55,743 nucleotides of DNA. It comes from Deltaproteobacteria bacterium (GTDB lineage Bacteria; Desulfobacterota; DSM-4660; Desulfatiglandales; HGW-15). The notes beneath the pieces are model-generated. The model did no database searches and was not told where the DNA came from. It saw nothing but the letters and a program-made list of their open reading frames with translations. Positions 29,620 through 39,422 of the stretch are shown here, piece by piece. Both the position numbers and the translations under genes were made by a program. Location of the stretch: NCBI GenBank assembly GCA_016930795.1, contig JAFGFY010000069.1, forward strand, positions 1 to 55,743. The letters run 5' to 3'. How positions within the stretch are numbered: position 1 is the first letter of the stretch; every line of letters begins with the position of its first letter.

Positions 29620-30450
29620 CTAATCCGATACTCCGCTTCCGCCTGACATCCAAGACGGAAGACCTCTGATATCTATCTTTGTCTCTTTGACACCCGTAAT
29701 GGTCTTCGAGATTTCATCTATTTCTTGAGCCAGTATTTCTTCCTTTCCTCTAGGTGCTTCACCCTTCACGAAGACCCTTCCACTCTTTGCAGATACTCGA
29801 AGATCCCGCTTGACATCTACTAAAGCCGCTTTTATTTGAGCGGCAAGCGCTAAATCATCAACGTTTTGTTGAGACTCAGGTGTGGCCTGAAACTGCTCCA
29901 AACTTGAGGCTTGACAAATCATGTCCACCGCGTTTTTCACAGAGAATTTCTGAATGTGGATGACCAGATCATAGAGGCTCGAATCCCGTGTGTCAATTCC
30001 ATACAGGGATTTGCTCCATTTGACCCTCTCGTCATCGTCCTTTTTTAGAATTCGTAAAGCTTCCGCTCTTGATATGTCTTCACGCTCCATTTCTAACCGA
30101 ACACGCTCTTCTATGTCGGCAATAATCCTCACCTTTAGAACGTGGGATATGCCTTTAACAAAAAAATGACCGGCCAGTCCATGATAGACGATATTATCTC
30201 TTTTGACATGCTTCAGCATCTCCGCTTCAATGAAGGTCACATATTTCTCTTTGCTGTGGGAGACATATTTGAAAAAGGACGGCGCGTCATGAATGGCTCT
30301 CGTCAGTTTCACCTCCGGGACATTGAATTCTTCCGAGGCTGAAAGAAGGATATCGCGTCCAACGCATTCATACCCAAGCTCTTGGGCGACCTTCTCGGCG
30401 ATCTCCTTGCCTTTGCTATATGAACCTCGACTAATCGTAATAATAGCCAT
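29620..30450 (-). CDS. Cytidylate-kinase-like protein with probable C-terminal BON-like domain
   Basis: IITISRGSYSKGKEIAEKVAQELGY, LKVRIIA, YDLVIH; C-terminus DDLALAAQIKAAL...VSAKSGRVFVKG. Confidence 0.8.
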   Translation of the reverse strand: MAIITISRGSYSKGKEIAEKVAQELGYECVGRDILLSASEEFNVPEVKLTRAIHDAPSFFKYVSHSKEKYVTFIEAEMLKHVKRDNIVYHGLAGHFFVKGISHVLKVRIIADIEERVRLEMEREDISRAEALRILKKDDDERVKWSKSLYGIDTRDSSLYDLVIHIQKFSVKNAVDMICQASSLEQFQATPESQQNVDDLALAAQIKAALVDVKRDLRVSAKSGRVFVKGEAPRGKEEILAQEIDEISKTITGVKETKIDIRGLPSWMSGGSGVSD

Positions 30451-30471
30451 AAATGACCTCCTTGCTTTGAC

Positions 30472-33075
30472 CTATTGAACGCTTAATATTTCATCAATAC
30501 TTTCATTTATTTTCGATCTGTAATAGCGTACCTTTTGATCATTGCCCATAATCACATCCAGTTGTCTCGTATGGATGATAAGGTAGCCTAGAATTCTGAG
30601 GGATTTCTCCATATTCTCCTTTGGCTGATCTTCCAGACCGGCCATCAGAAAATCGTCTTTCACCTCTACTCCGAAACCATACCCTTCCAAGATCTCCATA
30701 AGAAAAAGGACTCTCTTATTCCGTCTTTGATCATCAGCAGCCCCGCCTTTGAACTGAAAACGAATATAGTTTTCTGTCACTCTCTCACTGACAAGGGTCT
30801 CAATAATGGAGAGATGAAAGCCAAATCTTGAATTTAGGCTGCAGTAGTTTTTTGAGATCATGAAATAATTGCGATCCGCATATCTCGACCTCATCCCGGG
30901 AACCAGCGCCGTATTCCTCGTCGCCTCAAACATAACGGACATCAGCCCTTTTCCGTCAACCGGTGGCGGCCCCTCCCAGGGAAAGGCGGTGATTCCCTTC
31001 CATAATGCCAACATGGGAATGGAGACAATGTTTTCCAGTCGAACGTATTTGCCTTCTACCTCTTCTCTAAAGCCGTCATCCAGATTCAGAATCCACCAGT
31101 TCATGGGAATATTCACAAAAAGCTGCTTGCCGGATCTTTCTGGAAATTGATGATCTTTACCGAAACGAAACATCTCATGCACCGATTTTTCGTGGCAGAA
31201 GCGGGTGATATCGTGAAAGGTCTCGCAGTTCCCAGGCCTAAATGAGGTTTTATCCGGGTCAAGAAGAGTTAACGGTACAATATGCCGGGCCGCTCCTTTC
31301 AGGGCTTCATAAACGGGGCTGCCGAGCATCAGGTTTTTTGGTCTTACAGTTTTTTCAAGGAAGCCTTCAACGCGCCCATCAAAGATCCTTCCGCCATCGG
31401 CATCCACTGTGATGATCCGGCCATTCTGCAACCGCTCCATGGCTTTTTGAACCCCAAAAAGGGCCGGTACGGAAAACTCTCGTGCCACATTGGCCAAGTG
31501 ACCGGCGATGCTCCCTTGCTCCGTAACCACTGCAGACGCCTTATTCAGCAGGGTCGCCCACCGCGGCAGGGCCTGTGCGGCGACCAGGACAGCGCCATCC
31601 GGAAATTTCATGACGTCCATATCTTTTTTCAATACAAAGACCGGTCCTGATCCGAGCCCGGGACTTGCGAGGGTCCCCCCTTTGATCAGTACTGATTCCC
31701 CTTCCCACACATTCATTAAATCGGGAAAGTCTCCGGCCGAGGCCTGCACAAGGGGCCGGCATTGGAGAATAACAAAAGATCCATCACCATCAAGGGCCCA
31801 TTCAATGTCCTGTGGACAACCGTAGTGAGTCTCCAGCCTTCGAGCCATGTCGGCAAGCTCCAAGGCCTGCTCATCACTCAAAGATTCTTTAGCACCGTCC
31901 TCACCCGATAGATCCATTCTGCAGACCCCTTCATCCGGATAACACACGAATTTTCGTTCCTTGAAGGCAATCTCCTTGTGCTTGATCTCCATGGGCTCGG
32001 CCCCGGAAATCCAGATGAGGTCTGGTGTGGTGTTCCCGTCCACAACCGATTTGGGAAGACCCCAAACGGAATTGATCAACAAGGCGTCGTCACGGATATT
32101 GACGGGATTTCTCGAGTAGATCACACCTCCCGAGACCGCGTCCGCCATCCGAAGACACCCAACGCACATAACCACATCCTCATCCCGAATACCCCGGTTC
32201 AAGCGATAGGACATGGCGGGAAGACTGAATTTGCTCGCGACCACTTCTTTATAGGCCTGAAGGATATTTTCCTTACTCACGTTGAGCTCTGAACGATATT
32301 GGCCGGCAAAAGAGATGCCTGCTGCGTCTTCCCCCAGGGCACTGCTTCTCATGGCCACAGTGATCCCTCGACCTTCCCGCTCTTCCAGCAACCCGTACTG
32401 CTCCTGAATCGCTTCTTCAAGATCACGGGGAATGGATGATCCAATGATCAGTTGCTGAAGTGATGCGCTGAGGCCGAATAGCTCGTCAAGGGCTTGGATA
32501 TCCGTTGTCTGGATCCTGCGGTCGATCTCCGGCTGCAGATCATTGTATGACATGAAGCGCTGGTATCCACAGGCAGTGATGACAAATCCGTCGGAAATCT
32601 TCAAATGAATTCGGTTCTTAATCTCCGCGAGGTTAGCAATCTTTCCGCCCACCAGGTCCGCCATCGTCCTCTCCACTTGGTCGAGGATAAGGACCAGGGG
32701 GCCTTCCCGCAACCGCCCTCTATCCTTTACAAATGGATTTATTTTTTTCCGGATTTCCTTGAACCTGTTGTAAAGCGCTTCATAGTTTCCTGGGGAGAGT
32801 TCATTAAGATGTCTAATCATCTGCCACACGCTCGCGGAGACGCTGGTGCATCTTGATGAGACGAAATTCATTCCGAACGGTCGAGTCCCTTTCAAGGCTT
32901 CTTCCATGTCCGCCATGATCTCCAAGGCCCTGTTATTGGCATTGAGAAGAAGCTTGAACGCGTAATATCGGGCCTTGAACTCGGTTCGAAGACCCTCGGT
33001 GTCAAGCCTCTCGACATCCGGATTCCTGGAAAGCAACCGCCTAATCATATGTCCTAATGACTCCATGGTGATCAC
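30472..33075 (-). CDS. PEP-synthase-like protein: ATP-grasp (PPDK_N) plus phospho-His swivel domain, with a non-canonical C-terminal domain
   Basis: VGGKIANL, AMRSSALGED..SFAGQY, PQDIEWA, LQCRPL, ASPGLGSG, EQGSIAGHLANVAREF; no pyruvate-binding barrel motifs recognised. Confidence 0.82.
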   Translation of the reverse strand: MITMESLGHMIRRLLSRNPDVERLDTEGLRTEFKARYYAFKLLLNANNRALEIMADMEEALKGTRPFGMNFVSSRCTSVSASVWQMIRHLNELSPGNYEALYNRFKEIRKKINPFVKDRGRLREGPLVLILDQVERTMADLVGGKIANLAEIKNRIHLKISDGFVITACGYQRFMSYNDLQPEIDRRIQTTDIQALDELFGLSASLQQLIIGSSIPRDLEEAIQEQYGLLEEREGRGITVAMRSSALGEDAAGISFAGQYRSELNVSKENILQAYKEVVASKFSLPAMSYRLNRGIRDEDVVMCVGCLRMADAVSGGVIYSRNPVNIRDDALLINSVWGLPKSVVDGNTTPDLIWISGAEPMEIKHKEIAFKERKFVCYPDEGVCRMDLSGEDGAKESLSDEQALELADMARRLETHYGCPQDIEWALDGDGSFVILQCRPLVQASAGDFPDLMNVWEGESVLIKGGTLASPGLGSGPVFVLKKDMDVMKFPDGAVLVAAQALPRWATLLNKASAVVTEQGSIAGHLANVAREFSVPALFGVQKAMERLQNGRIITVDADGGRIFDGRVEGFLEKTVRPKNLMLGSPVYEALKGAARHIVPLTLLDPDKTSFRPGNCETFHDITRFCHEKSVHEMFRFGKDHQFPERSGKQLFVNIPMNWWILNLDDGFREEVEGKYVRLENIVSIPMLALWKGITAFPWEGPPPVDGKGLMSVMFEATRNTALVPGMRSRYADRNYFMISKNYCSLNSRFGFHLSIIETLVSERVTENYIRFQFKGGAADDQRRNKRVLFLMEILEGYGFGVEVKDDFLMAGLEDQPKENMEKSLRILGYLIIHTRQLDVIMGNDQKVRYYRSKINESIDEILSVQ

Positions 33076-33132
33076 AGTAAACGAAAAAAGGTTAAAGGCA
33101 AAGGAAGAGGAAAGCCAAAACTTCCGGATGGC

Positions 33133-33822
33133 TCAGTGTTCCAACTGCATTCCCCACCCCTCGAACATATACATGTAGGCAAACCCGTACCAGAGGGTGT
33201 ATATCACGTAAAAAACCAACGAAAAGATCACAATCCAGATTTTATCCATAATCCTTTGAGGCTCAATCCCAAAGTAGTTGTAGGAGCACTCAACCGCCTT
33301 ATCTTTTACTTCCGTGACGATTTTGGCCTCTTTAAATTTTTTCTGCTTCTTGAGATCCTTGTCCATCTCCCTGAAGGTCAACCACCAGTGGTATAGGGCC
33401 AGTCTCGCGTCATATCCGTATTTCTTTGAAATTTGATCACCGTCGTTTCGATACATGGCCTCGGCATCCTCCAGACAATTCTCCAGAATTTTTCCCAAAT
33501 CACCCGATACTCTGAGGATGTTACCCGACAGAGAGGTCTCTGCGCCTCCTTTTTCAAATAGGCGTGCGCAGTGCTCTGTAGTTTGATGATCCTGCATGAT
33601 GAGCGTCAAGCTGACCATATCACCAAGATAGCCTTTGGTTTCTTCCGTCACCTTGGGGATGTAATAGGCAGAAGCCTTGGATATGGAGTTATAGAGATGA
33701 TCCATGTAATTCAGTCCGTTCTTCCCTTCAAAAACAGGCAGAAAAAAGATGATCAGTAGGACAACAAATCCGATCATCATGGCAAAGCCTCTGAAAAATA
33801 TTCCTTTTCGGGAAATCATCAT
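33133..33822 (-). CDS. Hypothetical membrane protein (two TMs flanking a soluble domain), coupled to the TauE gene
   Basis: Hydrophobic N- and C-terminal segments, overlaps the TauE stop codon, GGAGAGG RBS. Confidence 0.75.
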   Translation of the reverse strand: MMISRKGIFFRGFAMMIGFVVLLIIFFLPVFEGKNGLNYMDHLYNSISKASAYYIPKVTEETKGYLGDMVSLTLIMQDHQTTEHCARLFEKGGAETSLSGNILRVSGDLGKILENCLEDAEAMYRNDGDQISKKYGYDARLALYHWWLTFREMDKDLKKQKKFKEAKIVTEVKDKAVECSYNYFGIEPQRIMDKIWIVIFSLVFYVIYTLWYGFAYMYMFEGWGMQLEH

Positions 33823-35132
33823 AGCACCTCCCCTCCCTTCAGCGTCGATATGTTTTTAAAGAATGTCCCGATCACCCAGACGCCGAAGACTGCGATCACA
33901 ATAAAAAAAGCATAGACGCCGATCTTGTCCAGAACAGAACCGAACGACTTGGAGATGGGAACCACACCCACCTCACCCAGTTTACCCGGTAGGGCGAAGA
34001 TTCGGTTGACAAAGCCGGCCAAGACAGCCATAGCATAGAACCCGCGAATGGTTATCCCCTTGACCACCTTTGTGACCAAAGAGCCTATCTGGATCCCCAC
34101 CAATGATCCGAGGAGCATCCCCATGGCCAGCGTGTAAAAAATAAAACCATAGACGGCATACTGTGTGATCGAAGCATACCCTGCAGTGAAGATAATCTGA
34201 AAGATATCGGTGCCCACTGTGGTCATGGAAGAGACCCCCAGCATGTAAACAAAAATGGGAAAAGTCAAAAACCCGCCTCCCACGCCCATAATGCCTGCGG
34301 CCAGTCCCACCAATGCACCACTCAAAACCAGGAATACCCAGGAGATGCTCCTACCGCCGGGTGTAAAATTATAATCAAACCTGATCATGGGCTGGATTTT
34401 CATGGCCTGGAGTTTTCTGGGAAGATTCCCCACATCCGTACCTTCATCTCGTCCTCCCAGAGACTCTTCGTCGTACTCGTGAAAATCGACTTCGGCCTTT
34501 ATCGCTTTTCTTGCCTTTAGGAAATCGATCAGGGCATAGATCCCCAAAAATCCAAGCATCATTGCATAGACTGTGGTGATAAAGGCATCACTCAATACAG
34601 GGTTGAGTTCATAGAGCACACGATTGATGACACCTCCAAGGGTCGCGCCGATAATGGCCCCGATCAAAAAAACCAAGGCCAAAGGGACCGAAACATTTCC
34701 AAGCTTCTTGTGCATCACGGTCCCCATAATCGCCTTGGCGAAAATATGAAAGAGATCAGTTCCGACGGCAAGAATTCCCTTGATCCCTGCACTCATCAGT
34801 GCGGGAGCAATAATGAATCCACCTCCCGCTCCGATGCAACCGGTAATCAATCCGGCGCCAAGTCCAATTAGAATAGAGACAATAAAAATACCTGATGAAA
34901 AGAATGCCGGACTGTAAGCCTTCTTTCCTCCTAGGACCTCTGGAAGAGCCGATCCGATCTCTTCGGCGAAGGCAATACCTACAAGTAAAACAGGAATCGT
35001 CATCAAACCAAGAATAATCATCCTTTTTCGATCACCCAATATTGTTCTTGAAGCATTGATTTCCCATTCGGCATGGACCTTTGCTCCGATCATCATGAAT
35101 CGCCCCCACTCCTTAAAGAATCTCATCATCAT
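33819..35132 (-). CDS. Sulfite exporter TauE/SafE (TSUP) family transporter
   Basis: Repeated GCIGAGGGFIIAP / GIMGVGGGFLTFP and AVGTDL / TVGTDI motifs. Confidence 0.88.
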   Translation of the reverse strand: MMMRFFKEWGRFMMIGAKVHAEWEINASRTILGDRKRMIILGLMTIPVLLVGIAFAEEIGSALPEVLGGKKAYSPAFFSSGIFIVSILIGLGAGLITGCIGAGGGFIIAPALMSAGIKGILAVGTDLFHIFAKAIMGTVMHKKLGNVSVPLALVFLIGAIIGATLGGVINRVLYELNPVLSDAFITTVYAMMLGFLGIYALIDFLKARKAIKAEVDFHEYDEESLGGRDEGTDVGNLPRKLQAMKIQPMIRFDYNFTPGGRSISWVFLVLSGALVGLAAGIMGVGGGFLTFPIFVYMLGVSSMTTVGTDIFQIIFTAGYASITQYAVYGFIFYTLAMGMLLGSLVGIQIGSLVTKVVKGITIRGFYAMAVLAGFVNRIFALPGKLGEVGVVPISKSFGSVLDKIGVYAFFIVIAVFGVWVIGTFFKNISTLKGGEVL

Positions 35133-35175
35133 TCCAACCCCCGTTCCTTATTTCAAGTAACGTTTTTCCGGTTTC

Positions 35176-35604
35176 TCATTCTCTGCCTGAGGTCATCCGC
35201 TTTATGTTATCTATCTTTTGTTCCTGTATGATCTTCTGTTGATGGGCGTCCTGAATCTTGTACAGGAGATCATCGATCTGCATGGGTTTCATAAGGTAAT
35301 CAAACGCCCCGAACTCCATTCCTTGAACGGCGACTTCCACGCTGGCATGCCCGGTAAGCATAATGACCTCGATGAGAGGGTGCCTCTTCTTTAACGCCCT
35401 CAAGGTCTCAATACCGTCCATTCCCGGCATTCGAACATCTAGGATCACTACATCTATTGGGCTCTGATCCAATGTCTGAAGCGCTTCTTCACCACCTCGT
35501 ACGCCGGTGATATCCACATTTCGCTTTTTCATTCGCTTGATTAAGGTTTCTGAAAATTCTCTTTCGTCATCGACGAGCAAAACCTTTATGTTATGCATTC
35601 TCAT
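35176..35604 (-). CDS. Stand-alone response regulator
   Basis: VLLVDDE, ILDVRMPGMDG, LTGHA, LMKP; start after GGAGGAGG at ATG 35604 or 35598. Confidence 0.9.
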   Translation of the reverse strand: MRMHNIKVLLVDDEREFSETLIKRMKKRNVDITGVRGGEEALQTLDQSPIDVVILDVRMPGMDGIETLRALKKRHPLIEVIMLTGHASVEVAVQGMEFGAFDYLMKPMQIDDLLYKIQDAHQQKIIQEQKIDNIKRMTSGRE

Positions 35605-35703
35605 CACCTCCTCCAAAGGAAACGCTTGCCCCTTCTTTATCAGGCGTGCTTCACGTTTGTAGTTCCTGTCTTCACGGTCACAAACAAACACTTTTGCGCA
35701 TTT

Positions 35704-36102
35704 TCAATCCGGCCATTTTTCGTCAAGCCTTCTCTTTTTTTCCGTGGCTTCTTGCATCCGGGAAATGAGCTGATCAATGTCACAGGGTTTAACCAGGTAA
35801 TCGAAAGCCCCCAATCTCATTCCTCTAATGGCGGAGTCCACGGTAGAATGGCCGGTGAGAATGATAACTTCCACCAACGGATAGTCTCTTTTAATCTCCT
35901 CGAGGGTTCTAAGGCCATTCATACCAGGCATTTTGATATCAAGCACAATGATCTCAATATCGGGATCTTTTTTAAGCTGGGCCAGTGCCTCTTGTCCGCT
36001 AAAGGCCGTTATGATATTGAGTTCTCTTCTCGATAGACGCTTGGTCAATGTCTTTACGAAGGGTATCTCATCGTCGACCAAGAGTATTTTCACGGGATAC
36101 AT
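35704..36102 (-). CDS. Stand-alone response regulator
   Basis: ILLVDDE, VLDIKMPGMNG, LTGHS, LVKP. Confidence 0.9.
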   Translation of the reverse strand: MYPVKILLVDDEIPFVKTLTKRLSRRELNIITAFSGQEALAQLKKDPDIEIIVLDIKMPGMNGLRTLEEIKRDYPLVEVIILTGHSTVDSAIRGMRLGAFDYLVKPCDIDQLISRMQEATEKKRRLDEKWPD

Positions 36103-36130
36103 GCACCTTTCCTTCTAGAAGCTCCTGCCC

Positions 36131-37891
36131 CTATTGTTGAGAATTCAAAATTCTTGACGCTTCTTCGACATTGTTTTTCCCACTCCCCTTGAGTGGGAGC
36201 CTTATACAGAACGTACTCCCTTTATCGATGACGCTGCGGACACTGATCTCCCCTCCCAATTTTTTAATAATCCCATAGCAGATTGACAGGCCTAAACCGG
36301 TTCCCTTCCCGACCGGCTTGGTCGTAAAAAAGGGATCAAAGATTTGTGAAATGTTATCTTCCGGAATCCCGACACCATCGTCTGAAACCTCAATCACGAC
36401 ATGATCTTCTTCCAGTCGGGCGGATATGGATAAAATCCCCCCTTTCTTTTCCATTGCATCCAAGGCGTTATTAATCAGGTTGAGAAGGACTTGTTGAAGC
36501 TCGGTTGGAGAGACCTCAATGGGAGGAAGATCCTTTTTTATTTCCATATTGATGATAATGCCGCTGAACCTTGCCCTTTTTGCGGAAATGGTGACCATAT
36601 CTTCAATCAATTCATTCAACCTGATCGTCTCTATTCTGGAGTCTGTTTTCCTGGCAAAACTGAGCAGTTTGTGGGTTATCTCCTTGCAGCGTTCCCCTTG
36701 AGTGCGAATCTGCCTCAATGCTCTTCTAAATTCACCCAAATTTTTGCTTTCCTGGAATTCTTCCTCTTCCAACAGATCGTCAATCCAGCCGGCTTCTTCA
36801 ACCATAATAGCGACCGGATTGTTGATTTCATGGGCGATACCTGCCGCCAGTTCACCTATCGACGCCAGTTTGCCCGTCTGAAACATCTGTTCGCTTCGTT
36901 TTTGCTTTTCTTTGTCAGCCTGCTGGATTCTACGAAGCATCTTCTTGGAGAGGCTGAGGGTATTGGCCACGATCAACAAACCGACTATCAAGATGACAGT
37001 GAGGGCTATCATCTCTGTCTTTATAAGACCGGAAAACGCCTCAGAGGCCCTTTGATAATAGACCAGGGCCCAATCCCCTCCTTTGAGAAAGCCTGTTACG
37101 TATATGTTTTTATGCCCTGAACCATCCGTCCGCTGAACCATGAAGATGTCTCGCGCCCCTTCTGTGATTCCCAGGAAATCCATTAAGCTTCTTTCTCCGT
37201 GGTCTATGTGGTGAATCGATCCGACCTGATATTGCCCATCCCTATCTATGATAAAAGCGGATCCCCCCCTTCCGGTAACAGTCTCTTTCACGACTCGGCT
37301 GAACACATCGCGATCGATGCCTGTTCGCAAAACCCAGTCTTTTTCCATTTTGTTTTTTCTCACTGCAATGATGATAAAGGGAATGTCTGCCAAGCCGGAA
37401 GGCATATGGCTAATCACATACCCGGTACTCATCGCTTCTCGGTACCAGTCAGTCTTTAAATGTCTTGGATTCTCAGATTTATGAGGGCCTGCATAGGCGA
37501 CCCGAACACCCTCATCGTCAATCACCTCCAGATCTGAAAAGACATGGCCGTAATGCTTCTGTAATCTGTTCAACATCTCCACTAAAAAGAATTCATCCGT
37601 TAATTGTTGGAAATTAAATGTGTCCGCCATCATGCTGATGTCGGCCAGTTTATCTTCCAAGAAACGATCAATATGCTCTGTGCTTTTTTGAATAACTTCT
37701 TCGAGATGCGCCCTAATCTCCTTTTTATAGGACACTCGAGACTGATATAAAATGATGCCGCTGACCAGCACCATGGGTATAAGGGGAACCACCACTCCGA
37801 TAAGAAACATACTTTTCATTAATGATTTATAATGCTTATCAGCTGCCATGCCTCTTTTGAGTCCTTCGAAAAAGGGATTCGACGTCTTCAA
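36131..37891 (-). CDS. Sensor histidine kinase with divergent Cache-type domain
   Basis: H-box [30 protein letters not shown]; sensor motif altered to [18 protein letters not shown]. Confidence 0.9.
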   Translation of the reverse strand: MKTSNPFFEGLKRGMAADKHYKSLMKSMFLIGVVVPLIPMVLVSGIILYQSRVSYKKEIRAHLEEVIQKSTEHIDRFLEDKLADISMMADTFNFQQLTDEFFLVEMLNRLQKHYGHVFSDLEVIDDEGVRVAYAGPHKSENPRHLKTDWYREAMSTGYVISHMPSGLADIPFIIIAVRKNKMEKDWVLRTGIDRDVFSRVVKETVTGRGGSAFIIDRDGQYQVGSIHHIDHGERSLMDFLGITEGARDIFMVQRTDGSGHKNIYVTGFLKGGDWALVYYQRASEAFSGLIKTEMIALTVILIVGLLIVANTLSLSKKMLRRIQQADKEKQKRSEQMFQTGKLASIGELAAGIAHEINNPVAIMVEEAGWIDDLLEEEEFQESKNLGEFRRALRQIRTQGERCKEITHKLLSFARKTDSRIETIRLNELIEDMVTISAKRARFSGIIINMEIKKDLPPIEVSPTELQQVLLNLINNALDAMEKKGGILSISARLEEDHVVIEVSDDGVGIPEDNISQIFDPFFTTKPVGKGTGLGLSICYGIIKKLGGEISVRSVIDKGSTFCIRLPLKGSGKNNVEEASRILNSQQ

Positions 37892-37922
37892 GCACTTTAC
37901 TCATTTGACCAGGCTTTCCGGA

Positions 37923-38765
37923 TTATTTGTCATCTTCATTCTCTTCCATAAACTCTTTCATGGTTTCCCTAGCCATTTCCCTCTCGCCTGCCTGCGCAAA
38001 GGCTGAAGCCATAATGAGAGTATCCATAGCCCTCTTTGATTTCTTAATTTTCTTCCATGCATTTTGTAAGGCGCCGACCAGGCGATCAATGTCCACGGGT
38101 TTTCTCATGTAGGCGACTGCCCCTAATTTCTTGGCCATGGCCTCATCTTTGTCCGTTCCATGACCTGTCAGCACAACCACCTGGACATCAGGATTCCTCT
38201 CCTTGGCCTGACGCAGCACCTCTATCCCATCAATGCCGGGCATTCTGAGGTCCAGCACCATCATGTCATGTTTTCCCTCCTTGAGCGCTTCCAGGGCCTG
38301 CTCACCGTCATAGGCGACATCGGCTTCAAGGTTTCGCAGTTCAAGTCGCTCCGAAAGGCTCTCGACAAATTCCTTCTCATCATCCACTAGAAGCACTTTC
38401 ATCTTCTCTTTCTTCATGGCGCCAATAAGATGATCAATATCTACCGGTTTCTTTAGATAGGCGAATGCGCCAAGTTTTTTGGCCATGGCTTCGTCCTTCT
38501 CGGTTCCGTGACCTGTCAGCACAACCACCTGGACATCGGGATTCCTCTCTTTGGCCTGACGCAGCACCTCTATCCCATCAATGCCGGGCATTCTGAGGTC
38601 CAGCACCATCACGTCGTGTTTTCCTTCCTTGAGCGCTTCCAGGGCCTGCTCACCGTCATAGGCGACATCGGCTTCAAGGTTTCGCAGTCCAAGTCGCTCC
38701 GAAAGGCTCTCGACAAATTCCTTTTCGTCATCCACTAAAAGGATTTTCAGTTTTTCTTTCTTCAT
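37923..38765 (-). CDS. Response regulator with two near-identical tandem receiver domains
   Basis: LLVDDEKEFVESLSERL...VLDLRMPGIDG...LTGHGT...KPVDID occurs twice; DNA period 348 bp. Confidence 0.92.
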   Translation of the reverse strand: MKKEKLKILLVDDEKEFVESLSERLGLRNLEADVAYDGEQALEALKEGKHDVMVLDLRMPGIDGIEVLRQAKERNPDVQVVVLTGHGTEKDEAMAKKLGAFAYLKKPVDIDHLIGAMKKEKMKVLLVDDEKEFVESLSERLELRNLEADVAYDGEQALEALKEGKHDMMVLDLRMPGIDGIEVLRQAKERNPDVQVVVLTGHGTDKDEAMAKKLGAVAYMRKPVDIDRLVGALQNAWKKIKKSKRAMDTLIMASAFAQAGEREMARETMKEFMEENEDDK

Positions 38766-38853
38766 GATGGGTCTCCTTTGGTATCTCTGAACCAGTCTTT
38801 AGATTTGAGGCCTTTCTCACTCACAATAAAACAGCCTCTCTGTTTGAGATGAG

Positions 38854-38870
38854 AGCAAAGGATATGCCAA
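38854..38870 (-). promoter_or_regulatory. sigma54 -24/-12 promoter
   Basis: Minus strand reads TTGGCAT-ATCCT-TTGCT; IHF-like TTTCAGGTGGTTA at 38888-38900. Confidence 0.82.
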
Positions 38871-38930
38871 AAATATACTACGTGTAATTTCAGGTGGTTA
38901 TAGGAGGGACAAGAAAATTCCGTAAACAAT

Positions 38931-38982
38931 ATGAAACATAATGGAACCTTCTTATTAAAACGTTATGAGACATTATGAGACA
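38931..38982. promoter_or_regulatory. Candidate operator of 10-bp-phased direct repeats
   Basis: ATGAAACA 38931, ATGGAACC 38941, TTATGAGACA x2 at 38963-38982. Confidence 0.5.
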
Positions 38983-39037
38983 CTTCACGATGGCTAGATT
39001 CTTCAAAGGAGCGGGATCTCTTTTCATCACCGCTACT

Positions 39038-39421
39038 TTAACGGCTTCTTAGTTTTGAGGGCTCGAGGGCCTCGTTCATTCGATTGATCAACTCCTCGAT
39101 ATTGACGGGCTTCATCAGATAGTCAAAGGCCCCTTGATACATGCCCTTGATCCCGTCTTTTGTGGAGCCGTGACCCGTTAAAAGGATGACCTGAATTTCA
39201 GGATGCTTTCTCTTTATTCGCTTCAAGACATCAAGTCCGCCGATGCCGGGCATCAAAACATCCAACACCACTAGAGGCGGTTTGTGCTCTTCTATTAGAT
39301 GAAGAGCCTGTTCACCATTCATGGCTACAAGGGTTTCGATATCTCTAAATTCAAGTCTCTCTGCTAAGGTGGACACAAATTCCTGTTCATCATCCACCAA
39401 GAGCACCTTTATTTTGTTCAT
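39038..39421 (-). CDS. Stand-alone response regulator
   Basis: VLLVDDE, VLDVLMPG, LTGHG, LMKP. Confidence 0.9.
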   Translation of the reverse strand: MNKIKVLLVDDEQEFVSTLAERLEFRDIETLVAMNGEQALHLIEEHKPPLVVLDVLMPGIGGLDVLKRIKRKHPEIQVILLTGHGSTKDGIKGMYQGAFDYLMKPVNIEELINRMNEALEPSKLRSR

Positions 39422-39422
39422 G

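Noticed and set aside
30472-33075. Annotation as ppsA / ppdK
   Set aside because: The pyruvate-binding C-terminal barrel motifs are not recognisable.
38053-38760. Repeats here, at 3581-5228 and at 19171-19236 as a CRISPR array
   Set aside because: All are two-copy coding duplications with no repeat-spacer pattern, and no cas genes are present.
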